From the NCBI GenBank assembly GCA_031459875.1, contig JAVKHQ010000007.1, forward strand, positions 1 through 64,000: a stretch of 64,000 nucleotides of DNA. Direction: 5' to 3'. This DNA is from Candidatus Fervidifonticultor sextus. Lineage in GTDB: Bacteria; Sysuimicrobiota; Sysuimicrobiia; Sysuimicrobiales; Humicultoraceae. Positions 9,399 to 23,560 of the stretch are shown one piece after another. Each line of letters begins with the position of its first letter. Position 1 is the first letter of the stretch. The position numbers and the translations under genes were made by a program. A model generated the notes under the pieces. The model did not search any database and had not been told where the DNA came from. It was given only the letters and a program-made list of their open reading frames with translations.

Positions 9399-10706
9399 AT
9401 GCGGCGCATGCGGATCGCTGCCGCCGTGTGGGTGTGCGTGCTGGCGCTGGGCGGAGCGGCGGGTGTCTCGGGCCCCGCCCAGGAGATGGTGTTCACGTCC
9501 AACCAGTTCACCCCCGTCGAGGAACAGGAGTGGGCGAGGAGCACCCTGCTGGCCCGGTTCACGCAGGAGTCCGGGGTGGCCGTCAGGTTCATCACCGAGG
9601 CCGAGGGACCGTACGTCGACCGCCTGCTGGCCGAGGCGCGCGCGGGCCGCGGCACGATCGACGTCACGGGGACGCTGCACGGCATCTTCCCCGTGTTCAT
9701 CGCCAACAACGCCATCCGCGACATGAGCGAGGTCCAGAGGCAACTCGATGCCAGGAAGGACCGTACCTTCTACAAGGACCTGCTGGCGGTCGCGAAGATG
9801 GAGGGCATCCAGGCCTTCATCCCCTGGATGCAGGCCACCTACCTGCTCGCCGCCAGACGGGAGGCCCTGCAGCACTTCCCCCGCGACCGGAACCCGATGC
9901 GGATGACCTACGACGACCTGCTGCAGTGGGGGGAGAACATCAGGCAGGCCACCGGGCAACGCCGGCTGGGCTTCCCGGCAGGGCCGCTGGGGCTGTACGG
10001 CCGGTTCCTGCACGGGTACATCTACCCATCCTACACCGGTTCGCAGGTGAAGGCGTTCAAGTCTGCGGAAGCCGTGGACATGTGGCGGTTCCTGCGTCGG
10101 CTGTGGGGCGTGACCCACCCGTCGTCGTTCACCTACGCCTTCATGCACGAGCCGCTGCTGCTGGGCGAGGTCTGGGTGGGGTGGGACCACACGGCCCGGC
10201 TCATCCCGGCGCTGCGGCAGCGGCCCGGCGACTTCGTCGTCCTCCCCTCCCCGGCCGGGCCGAAGGGACGGTCGTTCCTCTCGGTGGTGGTGGGGCTGAG
10301 CATCCCGCGCACCGCGCCCAACCCCGAACTGGGCGTGCGCCTGATCGAGTACCTGACCCGCCCGGCCACCCAGGTGGCGACCCTGCAGGGGGTGGCCTTC
10401 TTCCCCGTCTCCCCTGAGGCGGCCAGGGAGGTGCCGTCGGGTGGATTGAAGGTCGTCGCCGACGGCGTCTCCGCGCAGGCCGGGGCGCCCGATGCGCGCA
10501 CGGCGCTGCTGCCCATCGGTCTGGGCGCCCGCACGGGCGAGTTCGTGCCGCTGTACGTGGACACGTTCCGGCTGATCGCCATCGAGGGGCGCAACATCGA
10601 GGAGGTGCTGGCAGCCCAGGCCCGCAAGCTGGAAGAGCTCTACCGGGCCACCAACGCGCCGTGCCCGCCGCCGGATCCGCCCATCAGGCCGTGCAGGCCG
10701 GACTGA
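9399..10706 (+). CDS. Carbohydrate ABC transporter substrate-binding protein
   Basis: Signal peptide, RBS GGGAGG, CUT1-type SBP size, C-terminal CPPPDP...C pair; heads a permease-permease-ATPase-GH operon. Confidence 0.88.
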   Translation: MRRMRIAAAVWVCVLALGGAAGVSGPAQEMVFTSNQFTPVEEQEWARSTLLARFTQESGVAVRFITEAEGPYVDRLLAEARAGRGTIDVTGTLHGIFPVFIANNAIRDMSEVQRQLDARKDRTFYKDLLAVAKMEGIQAFIPWMQATYLLAARREALQHFPRDRNPMRMTYDDLLQWGENIRQATGQRRLGFPAGPLGLYGRFLHGYIYPSYTGSQVKAFKSAEAVDMWRFLRRLWGVTHPSSFTYAFMHEPLLLGEVWVGWDHTARLIPALRQRPGDFVVLPSPAGPKGRSFLSVVVGLSIPRTAPNPELGVRLIEYLTRPATQVATLQGVAFFPVSPEAAREVPSGGLKVVADGVSAQAGAPDARTALLPIGLGARTGEFVPLYVDTFRLIAIEGRNIEEVLAAQARKLEELYRATNAPCPPPDPPIRPCRPD

Positions 10707-11572
10707 CGGGGAGGGGGGTCCGGTTCGACTGGACTCCCTACCTGCTGGTGCTGCCCACCCTGGGCTTCCTCGTGCTGTTCTTCGTCTATCCCATGCTCCA
10801 GGCAGTCTGGCTCAGCGTGGCCGCTCCCGGCGGGGCGGCCACGCTGGAGCACTTCCAGCGGATGAGCGGCGACCTGTACTTCAGGCCGGCCGTCCGATAC
10901 ACGCTCATCATCACGGCCATCGCCGTTCCGCTGCAAGTGCTGCTGGGGCTTGCCATCGCGCTGCTGGTCAACTCCCGGTTCCCGGGCCACTCGTACTTCC
11001 TCTACCTCTGCGCGGTTCCCCTCGGGATCTCCGACCTCGCCGCGGGGCTGATCTGGCTGTCCATCTTCACCGAGCGGGGCTACCTGAACGCGGTCCTGCA
11101 GGCCGCGGGGCTGGTGACGCACCCGATCACCTTCCTGACCTTCGAGCGTCCCGAGTGGCTGGTCGGGGCGATCATCCTGACCGAGGTCTGGCGGGCCACC
11201 GCCATTGTCATGATCATCCTCCTGGCTGGCCTGCAGTTGATCCCCCGGGATTACGTGGAAACCGCCAGCGTCTTTGGGGCGAACCGGTGGCAGACGCTGC
11301 GACACGTTCTGCTGCCGCTGCTGCGGCCCAGCCTCCAGACCGCGCTCATCATTCGCACCATCCTGGCGTTTCAGGTGTTCGCCACGGTCGTCACGCTCGC
11401 CGGGCGCCAGGTCCCGGTGCTGGCCGGGGAGGCCTACTTCTGGTATTCGCTGTATCGCAGCCCCCACGTCGCCAGCGCGTACGCGGTGTTGATCCTCTTC
11501 CTCTCCGGCAGCATCACCTGGATCTACCTGCGGGTCCTCCGCCAGCGGGAGGCGGAGGTGGCGCCCACGTGA
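10691..11572 (+). CDS. Carbohydrate ABC permease (MalF-like); start uncertain (GTG 10691 or CTG 10703)
   Basis: PYLLVLPTLGFLVLFFVYP, LAGLQLIPRDYVETASVFGA (EAA loop). Confidence 0.9.
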   Translation: MQAGLTGRGVRFDWTPYLLVLPTLGFLVLFFVYPMLQAVWLSVAAPGGAATLEHFQRMSGDLYFRPAVRYTLIITAIAVPLQVLLGLAIALLVNSRFPGHSYFLYLCAVPLGISDLAAGLIWLSIFTERGYLNAVLQAAGLVTHPITFLTFERPEWLVGAIILTEVWRATAIVMIILLAGLQLIPRDYVETASVFGANRWQTLRHVLLPLLRPSLQTALIIRTILAFQVFATVVTLAGRQVPVLAGEAYFWYSLYRSPHVASAYAVLILFLSGSITWIYLRVLRQREAEVAPT

Positions 11573-11597
11573 CGTCCCCACGCGGAGCGGTACCCCC

Positions 11598-12407
11598 ATG
11601 ACGTTGCGACGGCTCGGCATCTACAGCGCCGCGCTGGTCATCGGAGCCTGGGTGGCGCTGCCGCTGGCGCTGATCACCCTGGCGGCCCTTACCCCCCGAG
11701 ACCTGCTCTACCGGTGGCCCCGTCCCATCTGGCCGGAGCAGTTCACGCTGGACACGCTGGCGTTCTTCCTGCGCGCCCGGGATGTTCTGCGGGCCACGGG
11801 CAACAGCGTCTTCGTCGCGGCGATGACCATCGGACTGTCCTTCGTGATCGCATCGCCCGCCGGCTACGCGCTGGCCCGCTACCGGTTCAACGGCCGTGAC
11901 GCGCTGCAACTGGCCATCCTGGCGACGAAGATGTTCCCCGCGACGGTACTGTCCATTCCGCTGGCCGTGGCGTTCATCCGGTGGGGGCTGTACGACACGC
12001 TGCTGGGTGTCGCCATCGTGCACACGGCGCTTGCCATCCCGTTCGTGACCGTCATCGTCGTCAGCGTCTTCCTGGGCATCTCCTTCGAACTGGAGGAAGC
12101 CGCCATGACCCTGGGGTGCAGCCGGCTGCAGGCGTTTTTGCGCATCACGCTCCCCATGGCCCTGCCCGGACTGGCCGCCGCCGCCATCTTCACCTTCGTC
12201 CTCTCCTGGAACGAAGTCTTCGCCGCCACCATCCTGACCCTGGACAACCGCACGCTGCCGGCGCTCATCATCAACTCGGTGGTCGCCGCGGGCGCGCCGC
12301 TCCACTACCGGTTTGCCGGCGGGTTCTTCATGGTTGTGCCGGCGCTGGTCATCATCTTCTTGATCAGGCGCTACCTCCTGACCCTGTGGGGGGTGACCGT
12401 GCGCTAG
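11598..12407 (+). CDS. Carbohydrate ABC permease (MalG-like)
   Basis: ELEEAAMTLGC EAA motif, FVLSWNE. Confidence 0.92.
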   Translation: MTLRRLGIYSAALVIGAWVALPLALITLAALTPRDLLYRWPRPIWPEQFTLDTLAFFLRARDVLRATGNSVFVAAMTIGLSFVIASPAGYALARYRFNGRDALQLAILATKMFPATVLSIPLAVAFIRWGLYDTLLGVAIVHTALAIPFVTVIVVSVFLGISFELEEAAMTLGCSRLQAFLRITLPMALPGLAAAAIFTFVLSWNEVFAATILTLDNRTLPALIINSVVAAGAPLHYRFAGGFFMVVPALVIIFLIRRYLLTLWGVTVR

Positions 12408-12446
12408 TGCGTCGCCCGGCGCCCGCCGCCGGAGGCGGGGAGATCC

Positions 12447-13544
12447 ATGGCTGAGATCGCACTGCACCGCCTGCGCAAGACCTACGGCCGCGTCGTCGCC
12501 ATAGAGGACCTGACGCTGCAGATCCAAGACGGCGAGTTCCTGGTGCTGCTGGGGCCGTCGGGGTGCGGCAAGACCACTACCCTGCGCGCCATCGCCGGCC
12601 TGGAGACCCTCGACCGGGGGCGGATCGTCATCGGCGGGCGGGACGTCACGACCCTGCCGCCGGGGCGGCGCGGCATCGCCATGGTGTTCCAGTCCTACGC
12701 GGTGTTCCCCCACATGCGGGTCTACGACAACATCGTCTTTGGGCTGCGCATGCGCGGGGTGCCCGAGCCGGAGCAGCGGCGACGCGCCGCCGAGACCGCG
12801 GCGCTGCTGGAGATCGCCGACCTGCTCGACCGCTACCCCGCCCAGCTCTCGGGCGGGCAGCGGCAGCGCGTGGCGGTGGCGCGGGCCATCGTCATGCGGC
12901 CGGACGTCCTGCTGATGGACGAGCCGCTGTCCAACCTGGATGCGCTGCTGCGCCTGACGATGCGGGCCGAGCTCAAGCGGCTCCACCGCGAGGTCGGGTC
13001 GACGACGGTCTACGTGACCCACGACCAGGTGGAGGCGTTGAGCCTGGGCGACCGCATCGCCGTCATGCGGCAGGGCCGTATCGTCCAGTGCGGGACCGCC
13101 ACGGAGATCTACGACACGCCGGCCAACCGCTTCGTGGGCGGCTTCATCGGCACCCCCCCCATGAACTTCCTGGAAGGGACGCTGCGATCCGCCGACGGGC
13201 AACCGGCGGTGGCCACGGGCGGCGTCACCCTCACCCTCCCGGGAGCCTTCCGCGGGGCCCTGGCCGGCCGCCTGGGCGGTGCGGTCCTGGTGGGCATCCG
13301 GCCCGAGCACATCGAGGTGCTGACGGCCCCGGCGGCGGAGGCGATTCCGGCGACGGTCGTGGTGCTGGAACCCGTCGGGTCGCACCAGTTGATGACGGTC
13401 CGTGTGGGCCAGGAGATCGTCAAGGTGACGGTCCCGCCGGACCTGTCGGTCGCGCCCGGCCGGCAGGTGTGGCTGCGCCTGCATCCCGCCCGCATCCGGC
13501 TGATGGACGCGCAGACCGGCGAGGCGATCGCGGTGGAGACATGA
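12447..13544 (+). CDS. Carbohydrate ABC ATPase (MalK/MsmX-like) with TOBE domain
   Basis: GPSGCGKTT, LSGGQRQRVA, LLMDEPLSNLD, YVTHDQ, FIGTPPMN. Confidence 0.95.
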   Translation: MAEIALHRLRKTYGRVVAIEDLTLQIQDGEFLVLLGPSGCGKTTTLRAIAGLETLDRGRIVIGGRDVTTLPPGRRGIAMVFQSYAVFPHMRVYDNIVFGLRMRGVPEPEQRRRAAETAALLEIADLLDRYPAQLSGGQRQRVAVARAIVMRPDVLLMDEPLSNLDALLRLTMRAELKRLHREVGSTTVYVTHDQVEALSLGDRIAVMRQGRIVQCGTATEIYDTPANRFVGGFIGTPPMNFLEGTLRSADGQPAVATGGVTLTLPGAFRGALAGRLGGAVLVGIRPEHIEVLTAPAAEAIPATVVVLEPVGSHQLMTVRVGQEIVKVTVPPDLSVAPGRQVWLRLHPARIRLMDAQTGEAIAVET

Positions 13545-14836
13545 ACGATGCCGGGCTGCTCCGACTGGCCGAGGCCGTCCTGCGCGGCAACGACCTCGGC
13601 GACTACACGAAACCGAGCCCGCGGCTGTACCCCCACCAGTGGAACTGGGACAGCGCCTTCATCGCCATCGGCTGGGCCCACCTGGACTGGTCCCGGGCGA
13701 CGCGGGAGATCGAAACGCTGCTGGCCGCCCAGTGGACCGACGGCATGGTACCCCACATCCGCTACAACCCGGATGTCACCGACTACCATCCCGGACCGGA
13801 CTGGTGGCGTGACACGCCGGTCCGCCAGGAGGGTGTGATCACCAGTGGGATCTCGCAGCCGCCGGTGCTGCCCACAGCGGTCTACCTCGTCGGGATGCTG
13901 CAGCCCGATCCCGGCAGGCGGCGGGCCTGGTGGGATCAATGGTATGAGCCGCTGCGTCAGGCGGTGGCGTATTTCCCGCAGCGCCGGACCACCGGGGGCT
14001 CGCCCCTGATCGCCGTGATCCACCCCTGGGAGAGCGGCCTGGACAACAGCCCGCGGTGGGACTTCGCCGCCCGGGCCGGGTGGCGCCCCACGCGGCCCTA
14101 CCGCAGGGTGGACACGACGATGGTAGAACGCGCTCACCGCCCGACCCAGGCCGACTACGACATGTACATGTACCTGGTCGAACAGATCGTCGCAAGCGGC
14201 TACGACATGGCCGCCTACCTTCCCCGGGCCCCTTTCCTGGTCTACGACGCGTTGTTCAACGCCATCTGGTACCGCGCGGCGGTGGACCTGAACCGGATCG
14301 CCGATGCCGTCGGCCGACCGCCGGCGATCAGCCCGGAGGCGTTGCGGGCGTTTCGGGATGCCTACCTGACCACGCTCTGGCATGCGCCGTCGCGGCTCTT
14401 CCGCGACTTCGATGTGCGGGGGGGCGTGCCCATCCCCGCAGACACCGCGGCCGGCCTGGGCGCCATCTACGGAGGACTGGTGGACGCGGAGCAGGCGCGC
14501 GCCATGGTGGATCACTACCGCCGGCGCTGTACGGGCTGCCGCATGATCCCCTCGGTCCCGCCGGATGACACGGGCTTCGACCCCGAGCGCTACTGGCGCG
14601 GCCCCGTCTGGGTCAACCTCAACTGGCTGGTGGCGCGCGGGCTGGAGGCGCTGGGCCTGCGCCCAGAGGCGCAGGCCCTGGCGGAGTCGACGATCGAACT
14701 GGTCCGGACCGCGGGGTGCCACGAGTACTACCACCCGTACACCGGAGCAGGGCTCGGTGGAGCCGACTTCTCCTGGAGTGCGGCCCTGGTGATCGATCTC
14801 CTCCGCCGGCCCATCGGCGGCGTCGAGGCTGAGTAA
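13541..14836 (+). CDS. GH63-like (MGH1) glycoside hydrolase, glucosylglycerate/mannosylglycerate hydrolase-like
   Basis: LYPHQWNWDSAF, HPWESGLDNSPRWD, YWRGPVWVNLNW, EYY...G.G...FSWSAAL are motifs of the GgH/MgH group; ATGA overlap with the ATPase. Confidence 0.85.
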   Translation: MNDAGLLRLAEAVLRGNDLGDYTKPSPRLYPHQWNWDSAFIAIGWAHLDWSRATREIETLLAAQWTDGMVPHIRYNPDVTDYHPGPDWWRDTPVRQEGVITSGISQPPVLPTAVYLVGMLQPDPGRRRAWWDQWYEPLRQAVAYFPQRRTTGGSPLIAVIHPWESGLDNSPRWDFAARAGWRPTRPYRRVDTTMVERAHRPTQADYDMYMYLVEQIVASGYDMAAYLPRAPFLVYDALFNAIWYRAAVDLNRIADAVGRPPAISPEALRAFRDAYLTTLWHAPSRLFRDFDVRGGVPIPADTAAGLGAIYGGLVDAEQARAMVDHYRRRCTGCRMIPSVPPDDTGFDPERYWRGPVWVNLNWLVARGLEALGLRPEAQALAESTIELVRTAGCHEYYHPYTGAGLGGADFSWSAALVIDLLRRPIGGVEAE

Positions 14837-14851
14837 AAGAAGGAGGCCGAT

Positions 14852-15988
14852 ATGCTCCGCAAGGGCTACCGTCTGCCGTTTCGGCTGCTGGGCATCCCCA
14901 TCTACCTGGACCCGACGTTCCTGATCATCCTCCCGCTGCTGGCCTGGGTCATCGGCAGCCGCCTGGACCTCTACATCCGGCTCTTCCGTCTGCCCGTGGA
15001 CGCGCAGGCCCTGCAGGAGGGCCACACTCCCTACCTGCTGGGACTGGCCGCGGCGCTCGGGCTGTTCGCCAGCGTGCTCATCCACGAACTGGGGCACTCG
15101 GTCGTGGGACGCGGTTACGGGGTGCAGGTGAAGCGGATCACCCTGTGGCTGCTGGGCGGGGTCGCCCAGTTCGAGGAGATGCCGCGCCAGCGGGGCGCGG
15201 AGGCGGTCGTGGCCATCGCCGGGCCGCTGACGAGTCTTGCGGTGGCTGCCGTCTGCAGCCTGGTCGCGGCCATCGTCCCGCCGGCCGCGCTGGCGGTCCG
15301 GTTCGTGCTCGGCTATCTCGTCTTCATGAACGGGGCCCTGGCAGCGTTCAACATGCTGCCGGCGCTCCCCCTCGACGGCGGCCGGGTCCTGCGCTCCCTG
15401 CTGGCGCTGCGGATGCCACAACTGCGCGCGACCCAGATCGCGGCGGGGATCAGCAGCGCGATCGCCATCATGCTGGGGCTGGCCGGCTTCCTCACCTTCA
15501 ACCTCTTTCTCATCCTGATCGCCTTCTTCGTCTACATGGCCGGGTCGGCCGAGACGCAGAACGCCCTGGTGGCGGAAATGCTGGAGGGGATCGGCGTCGA
15601 GGACCTGATGACGCGCGACGTCCAGACGGTGCCCATCGCGATGCCGATCGCTGACCTGATCCAGAAGATGCTGCGCGAGCGCCACCTCGGCTACCCGGTG
15701 GTGGACGCCGCCGGGAACCTGGCGGGCATCGTCACGCTCAACGACCTGCAGGGCGCGGACGCCTCGGCGCCGGTGGAGCGGGTCATGTCGCCCACCGTGG
15801 CGACGATCTCCGTCCGGGGCAGCGCCCTCGAAGCGTTCGAGGCGATGAGCCGGAACAACTACGGGCGGCTGGTCGTGCTCGGTCCCGGCCGGCAGATGGT
15901 GGGCATCATCACCAAGACAGACCTGATCCGCGCGGTGCAGGTGCGCGTGGTGGGGCTGGCCATCCAGCCCGAACCGGCCAGGACCTGA
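14852..15988 (+). CDS. Site-2 protease (M50) with tandem CBS domains
   Basis: HELGH zinc motif, FNMLPALPLDGG, C-terminal CBS pair. Confidence 0.93.
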   Translation: MLRKGYRLPFRLLGIPIYLDPTFLIILPLLAWVIGSRLDLYIRLFRLPVDAQALQEGHTPYLLGLAAALGLFASVLIHELGHSVVGRGYGVQVKRITLWLLGGVAQFEEMPRQRGAEAVVAIAGPLTSLAVAAVCSLVAAIVPPAALAVRFVLGYLVFMNGALAAFNMLPALPLDGGRVLRSLLALRMPQLRATQIAAGISSAIAIMLGLAGFLTFNLFLILIAFFVYMAGSAETQNALVAEMLEGIGVEDLMTRDVQTVPIAMPIADLIQKMLRERHLGYPVVDAAGNLAGIVTLNDLQGADASAPVERVMSPTVATISVRGSALEAFEAMSRNNYGRLVVLGPGRQMVGIITKTDLIRAVQVRVVGLAIQPEPART

Positions 15989-16016
15989 AGGCGCGTCGAC
16001 TCCGGGGAAGCGGCGT

Positions 16017-16475
16017 CTAGCGGACGATCAACACCGGACAGGGCGCCTGCTGGACCACCTGCTGGCTCACCGAGCCCAGGAGCGCGGCTTCCACCCGGCC
16101 GAGGCCGCGGGAGCCGAGGACGATGAGGTCGCAGCCGCGCGTCCGGGCGGCCTCCAGGATGGCCGCGGCCGCCGGGCCCTCCAGCACGGTTTCCTCATGA
16201 CGCACCCCGCGCTCGTCGAGGACTTCCGCCGCCTGGCGCACCAGGGCTTCCCCGACGGCCAGCCGCTTCGCCATGAGATGGTCGACATACGGCGATCCCA
16301 GATCGCGAGGAAGCGGCTCATACGCGGTGAGCACGACCACGGTGGCATCGTACCGGCGCGCGATGTCCCTGGCCACGGCCAGCGCCCTCCGCGCGTGGTC
16401 GGAGCCGTCCGTGGCGTAGAGGATCGTCGAGAAGACATGTTCCTCCGTGTGGTCGCGCTCTTGCGTCGACGTCAT
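16017..16475 (-). CDS. Universal stress protein (UspA family)
   Basis: TILYATDGS, DLIVLGSRGLG...LLGSVSQQVVQQAPCPVLIVR. Confidence 0.93.
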   Translation of the reverse strand: MTSTQERDHTEEHVFSTILYATDGSDHARRALAVARDIARRYDATVVVLTAYEPLPRDLGSPYVDHLMAKRLAVGEALVRQAAEVLDERGVRHEETVLEGPAAAAILEAARTRGCDLIVLGSRGLGRVEAALLGSVSQQVVQQAPCPVLIVR

Positions 16476-16547
16476 GCGCTGACTCCCCCGGCGGGATAAG
16501 CCTTCCCGTGTATAATCGTGGCAGCCGTCCTGCTCTCTTGAACTTCC

Positions 16548-18263
16548 ATGCCAGAGACCCGGTTCCTCGCAGACCTCGGGCTGCTGTTCCTGGCGGCCCT
16601 CATCGGAGGCGGACTCGCCCACCTCCTGCGGCAGCCGCTGATCGTCGGCTACATCATCGGCGGCATCCTCGTCGGGCCGTTCACCCCCGGACCGACCATC
16701 TCCGACCCCCGGTCGTTCCAGGTGTTCGCCGAGATCGGCGTCGTGCTGCTCCTGTTCTCGGTGGGCGTGGAGTTCTCCATCGAAGAACTGCTCCGCGCCG
16801 GCAAGGTGGCCCTCTACGGCGGCCCGGTGGCCATTGCACTGATTGTCCTCCTGACGGCCCTGGGAGGGAGGCTGCTGGGATGGCCCCTGGCGCAGAGCCT
16901 GGTGGTCGGCGGGGCGGTCAGCACCGCCAGCACCATGGTGATCTTCAAGTTCCTGTTGGAGCGCGGCGAACTCAACGCCCCACACGGCCGCCTCATGGTC
17001 GGGATCACCCTCATGGAGGACCTGGCGGTCGTGGCCATGAGCATCCTGCTGCCGGCTTTGGGTGCCGCCGGGGAGCAGCGTCTCCCGCTGTTCACCAGAG
17101 GCCTGCTGGAGGCGGCCCTGGTCCTGGTGCCGCTCCTCTGGCTGGCCCGGCGGGTCGTGCCGCGGGTGCTGCACCGCGTGGCGCTGACGCGCAACATGGA
17201 ACTGTTCCTCCTGGTCGCGTTGGCCATCGCCGTCGGCACGGCGGCGTTGACCCTTCGCCTGGGGCTGACGCTGGCCCTGGGAGCCTTCCTCGCCGGCCTC
17301 CTCATCAGCGAATCCGAGTTCTCCCACGAAGCGCTGGCCAGGGTCTTACCGATGCGTGATGTCTTCGTCGCGGTCTTCTTCGTCTCGTTGGGGATGCTGG
17401 TTCGCCCGCAGTCCCTGGTGGCCGAATGGCCGACGGTGGTGGTGCTCATTCTGATTGTGACGCTCGGTAAGTTCGGCGTGTGGAGCAGCCTCGTCCGCCT
17501 GGCAGGCCACCGGCCGGCGACCGCCATCATGACCGGCGTGGGCCTGATGCAGGTCGGGGAGATCGCCTACGTCCTGGCGGGCGTCGGTCGCCTCCACGGA
17601 CTGATCACTCCCTCGGTCCACCAGGCCATCATCGCCACCTCGCTGGTGACCATCCTGCTCAACGCCCAGGTCTTTCGGCGCACGCCGCGCTGGCTGCAGG
17701 CCCTCCTGGCGCGGCGTGCGCCCGCGGGAGTGGCGGAGGCCGCCGGCGAGCCGCAGGAAGGGCATGCGATCATCTGCGGCTTCGGCCGGGTCGGCCGCCA
17801 GGTGGCCGACGCACTCGACACCTTCGGAACCCGGTACACCGTGATCGATCTGGATCCTGAAGCCACGGCCGCCGCGAGGATGCGGGGGGCGGTCTCCGTT
17901 TTCGGCGACGCCGGCAACGACCTGATCCTCGACCGTGCAGGAGCCTGGCGGGCGCGCCTGGCGGTCGTCGCCATCCCCGACTTTGACGCGGCCCATCGCT
18001 GCGTGCGGGCCCTGCGCCGGATGAGCGAGGACCTGCCCATCCTCGTCCGCGTGCACCACGTCGGGCACCGGGCCCGGATGCTGGACGCCGGGGCCACAGA
18101 GGTCATCCAGCCCGAGGTCGAAGCCGGCCTCACCATCGTGCGGCACAGCCTGGACCGCCTGGGCGTGGACCACGCCGAGGGCCGGCGCTACCTGGAGGGA
18201 GTGCGGCGCCACTGGTCCGCGGCCTCCGACGAGGAGGCCAGCCCGGTCAGCGAGGTAAGATGA
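16548..18263 (+). CDS. CPA2 cation:proton antiporter with TrkA-N/RCK domain (Kef/YbaL-like)
   Basis: About 12 TM segments, LGAFLAG, FFVSLG, C-terminal ICGFGRVG Rossmann motif; TATAAT at 16511-16516. Confidence 0.92.
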   Translation: MPETRFLADLGLLFLAALIGGGLAHLLRQPLIVGYIIGGILVGPFTPGPTISDPRSFQVFAEIGVVLLLFSVGVEFSIEELLRAGKVALYGGPVAIALIVLLTALGGRLLGWPLAQSLVVGGAVSTASTMVIFKFLLERGELNAPHGRLMVGITLMEDLAVVAMSILLPALGAAGEQRLPLFTRGLLEAALVLVPLLWLARRVVPRVLHRVALTRNMELFLLVALAIAVGTAALTLRLGLTLALGAFLAGLLISESEFSHEALARVLPMRDVFVAVFFVSLGMLVRPQSLVAEWPTVVVLILIVTLGKFGVWSSLVRLAGHRPATAIMTGVGLMQVGEIAYVLAGVGRLHGLITPSVHQAIIATSLVTILLNAQVFRRTPRWLQALLARRAPAGVAEAAGEPQEGHAIICGFGRVGRQVADALDTFGTRYTVIDLDPEATAAARMRGAVSVFGDAGNDLILDRAGAWRARLAVVAIPDFDAAHRCVRALRRMSEDLPILVRVHHVGHRARMLDAGATEVIQPEVEAGLTIVRHSLDRLGVDHAEGRRYLEGVRRHWSAASDEEASPVSEVR

Positions 18264-18270
18264 GGGCAGG

Positions 18271-21660
<3,390 letters not shown>

Positions 21661-21667
21661 GCGTCCT

Positions 21668-23560
21668 GTGACGCTGCTGACCGACCACGACCTCTACCTG
21701 TTCAACGAGGGGACCCACTTCCGCCTCTACGAGAAACTGGGGGCGCACCCGGTGCAGATGGAGGGCCGAGAGGGGACGTACTTCGCGGTGTGGGCGCCCA
21801 ACGCTGAAGGTGTCTTCGTGATCGGTGACTTCAACGGGTGGGACAGGACCGCGACCCCGCTCTACCCGCGGGCGACGTCGGGCATCTGGGAGGGCTTCAT
21901 ACCGGGGGTCGGCAGGGGGGCCCGCTACCAGTACCACGTCGTCTCGCGGTTTCATGGCTACCGCGCCGACAAGGCCGACCCGTTCGCGTTTTACGGGGAG
22001 TGTCCTCCGGCAACGTCCTCGATCGTCTGGGACCTGGACTACCGGTGGGGCGATCAGGGATGGATGGCACAGCGGGCGCAACGCAACGCCCTGGACGCGC
22101 CCATGGCCATCTACGAGGTGCACCTGGGCTCGTGGCGGCGGGTCCCGGAGGACGGCAACCGGCCCCTGACGTACCGCGAGCTGGCCCCGGCGCTGGCGGG
22201 CTACCTGCGGGAGATGGGCTTCACCCACGCGGAGTTCCTCCCGGTCATGGAGCACCCGTTCTACGGGTCGTGGGGCTATCAGGTCACCGGCTACTTCTCA
22301 CCCACCGCACGGTACGGGACGCCCCAGGACTTCATGTACCTGGTGGACTACCTGCACCAGCAGGGCTTCGGCGTCATCCTGGACTGGGTGCCTTCCCACT
22401 TCCCGCGCGACGAGCACGGGCTGGGGTACTTCGACGGCACCCACCTGTACGAGCACGCCGACCCCCGCAAGGGCCTCCATCCCGACTGGGACAGCTTCAT
22501 CTTCAACTACGGTCGGAACGAGGTGCGCAGCTTCCTGATCAGTGCCGCGCTGTTCTGGCTGGACCGCTACCACGTGGATGGTCTCCGCACCGACGCGGTG
22601 GCCTCGATGCTCTACCTGGACTACTCACGGCGAGAAGGGGAGTGGATCCCCAACGAGTTCGGCGGGCGGGAGAATCTGGAAGCCATCGCGCTGCTGCGCA
22701 GACTCAACGAGGAAGTCTACCGGCACCATCCCGACGTCCAGACGATAGCCGAGGAGTCCACCTCCTGGCCCATGGTGTCCCGGCCGGCCTACGTGGGCGG
22801 TCTGGGGTTCGGCCTGAAGTGGGACATGGGCTGGATGCACGACACGTTGGCCTACATGGCGCGGGACCCGATCTACCGGCGGTATCACCACAACGAACTC
22901 ACGTTTCGCATGCTCTACGCCTTCACCGAGAACTTCGTCCTGCCGCTGTCCCACGATGAGGTCGTCTATGGCAAGGGCTCGCTGCTGGCCAGAATGCCCG
23001 GGGCCGACTGGATGCCGTTCGCCAACCTGCGGCTGCTGTTCGGCTACATGTACGGCCAGCCCGGGAAGAAACTGCTGTTCATGGGCGGCGAGTTCGCCCA
23101 GGGCCGCGAGTGGAACCACGAGACGAGCCTGGACTGGCACCTGCTCGCCTACGCCCCTCACCAGGGGGTGGCGCGGTGGGTGGCCGACCTCAACCGGGTC
23201 TACCGGGAGGAGCCGGCCCTGCACGAGTGGGACTGCCGGCCCGAGGGGTTCGAGTGGATCGACGCCAACGACGCTGACCAGAGCGTCCTGACCTTCCTGC
23301 GGTGCGGGCGCTCCCCGGACGCGCTGATCCTGGTCGTCTGCCACTTCACGCCGGTGCCCCGCACCGGCTACCGCGTGGGAGTCCCACGCGGAGGGTTCTG
23401 GCGGGAGATCCTCAACAGCGACGCCCGTGAGTACGGCGGCAGCGGACAGGGCAATGCCGGCGGTGTCGAGGCGACGCCCATCCCCTGGCACGGCCGGTCC
23501 CACTCGCTGAACCTGACGATCCCGCCGCTGGGCGTGCTCTTCTTCAAGTGGGTGCCCTAG
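21668..23560 (+). CDS. glgB: 1,4-alpha-glucan branching enzyme
   Basis: [51 protein letters not shown]. Confidence 0.97.
   Translation: MTLLTDHDLYLFNEGTHFRLYEKLGAHPVQMEGREGTYFAVWAPNAEGVFVIGDFNGWDRTATPLYPRATSGIWEGFIPGVGRGARYQYHVVSRFHGYRADKADPFAFYGECPPATSSIVWDLDYRWGDQGWMAQRAQRNALDAPMAIYEVHLGSWRRVPEDGNRPLTYRELAPALAGYLREMGFTHAEFLPVMEHPFYGSWGYQVTGYFSPTARYGTPQDFMYLVDYLHQQGFGVILDWVPSHFPRDEHGLGYFDGTHLYEHADPRKGLHPDWDSFIFNYGRNEVRSFLISAALFWLDRYHVDGLRTDAVASMLYLDYSRREGEWIPNEFGGRENLEAIALLRRLNEEVYRHHPDVQTIAEESTSWPMVSRPAYVGGLGFGLKWDMGWMHDTLAYMARDPIYRRYHHNELTFRMLYAFTENFVLPLSHDEVVYGKGSLLARMPGADWMPFANLRLLFGYMYGQPGKKLLFMGGEFAQGREWNHETSLDWHLLAYAPHQGVARWVADLNRVYREEPALHEWDCRPEGFEWIDANDADQSVLTFLRCGRSPDALILVVCHFTPVPRTGYRVGVPRGGFWREILNSDAREYGGSGQGNAGGVEATPIPWHGRSHSLNLTIPPLGVLFFKWVP

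Noticed and set aside
13109..15685. Long antisense or alternate-frame ORFs (e.g. 858 aa here, 796 aa at 23673, 848 aa at 26191, 866 aa at 53742)
   Set aside because: Shadow ORFs expected from high-GC codon bias opposite well-supported genes; low-complexity R/G/P/A translations.
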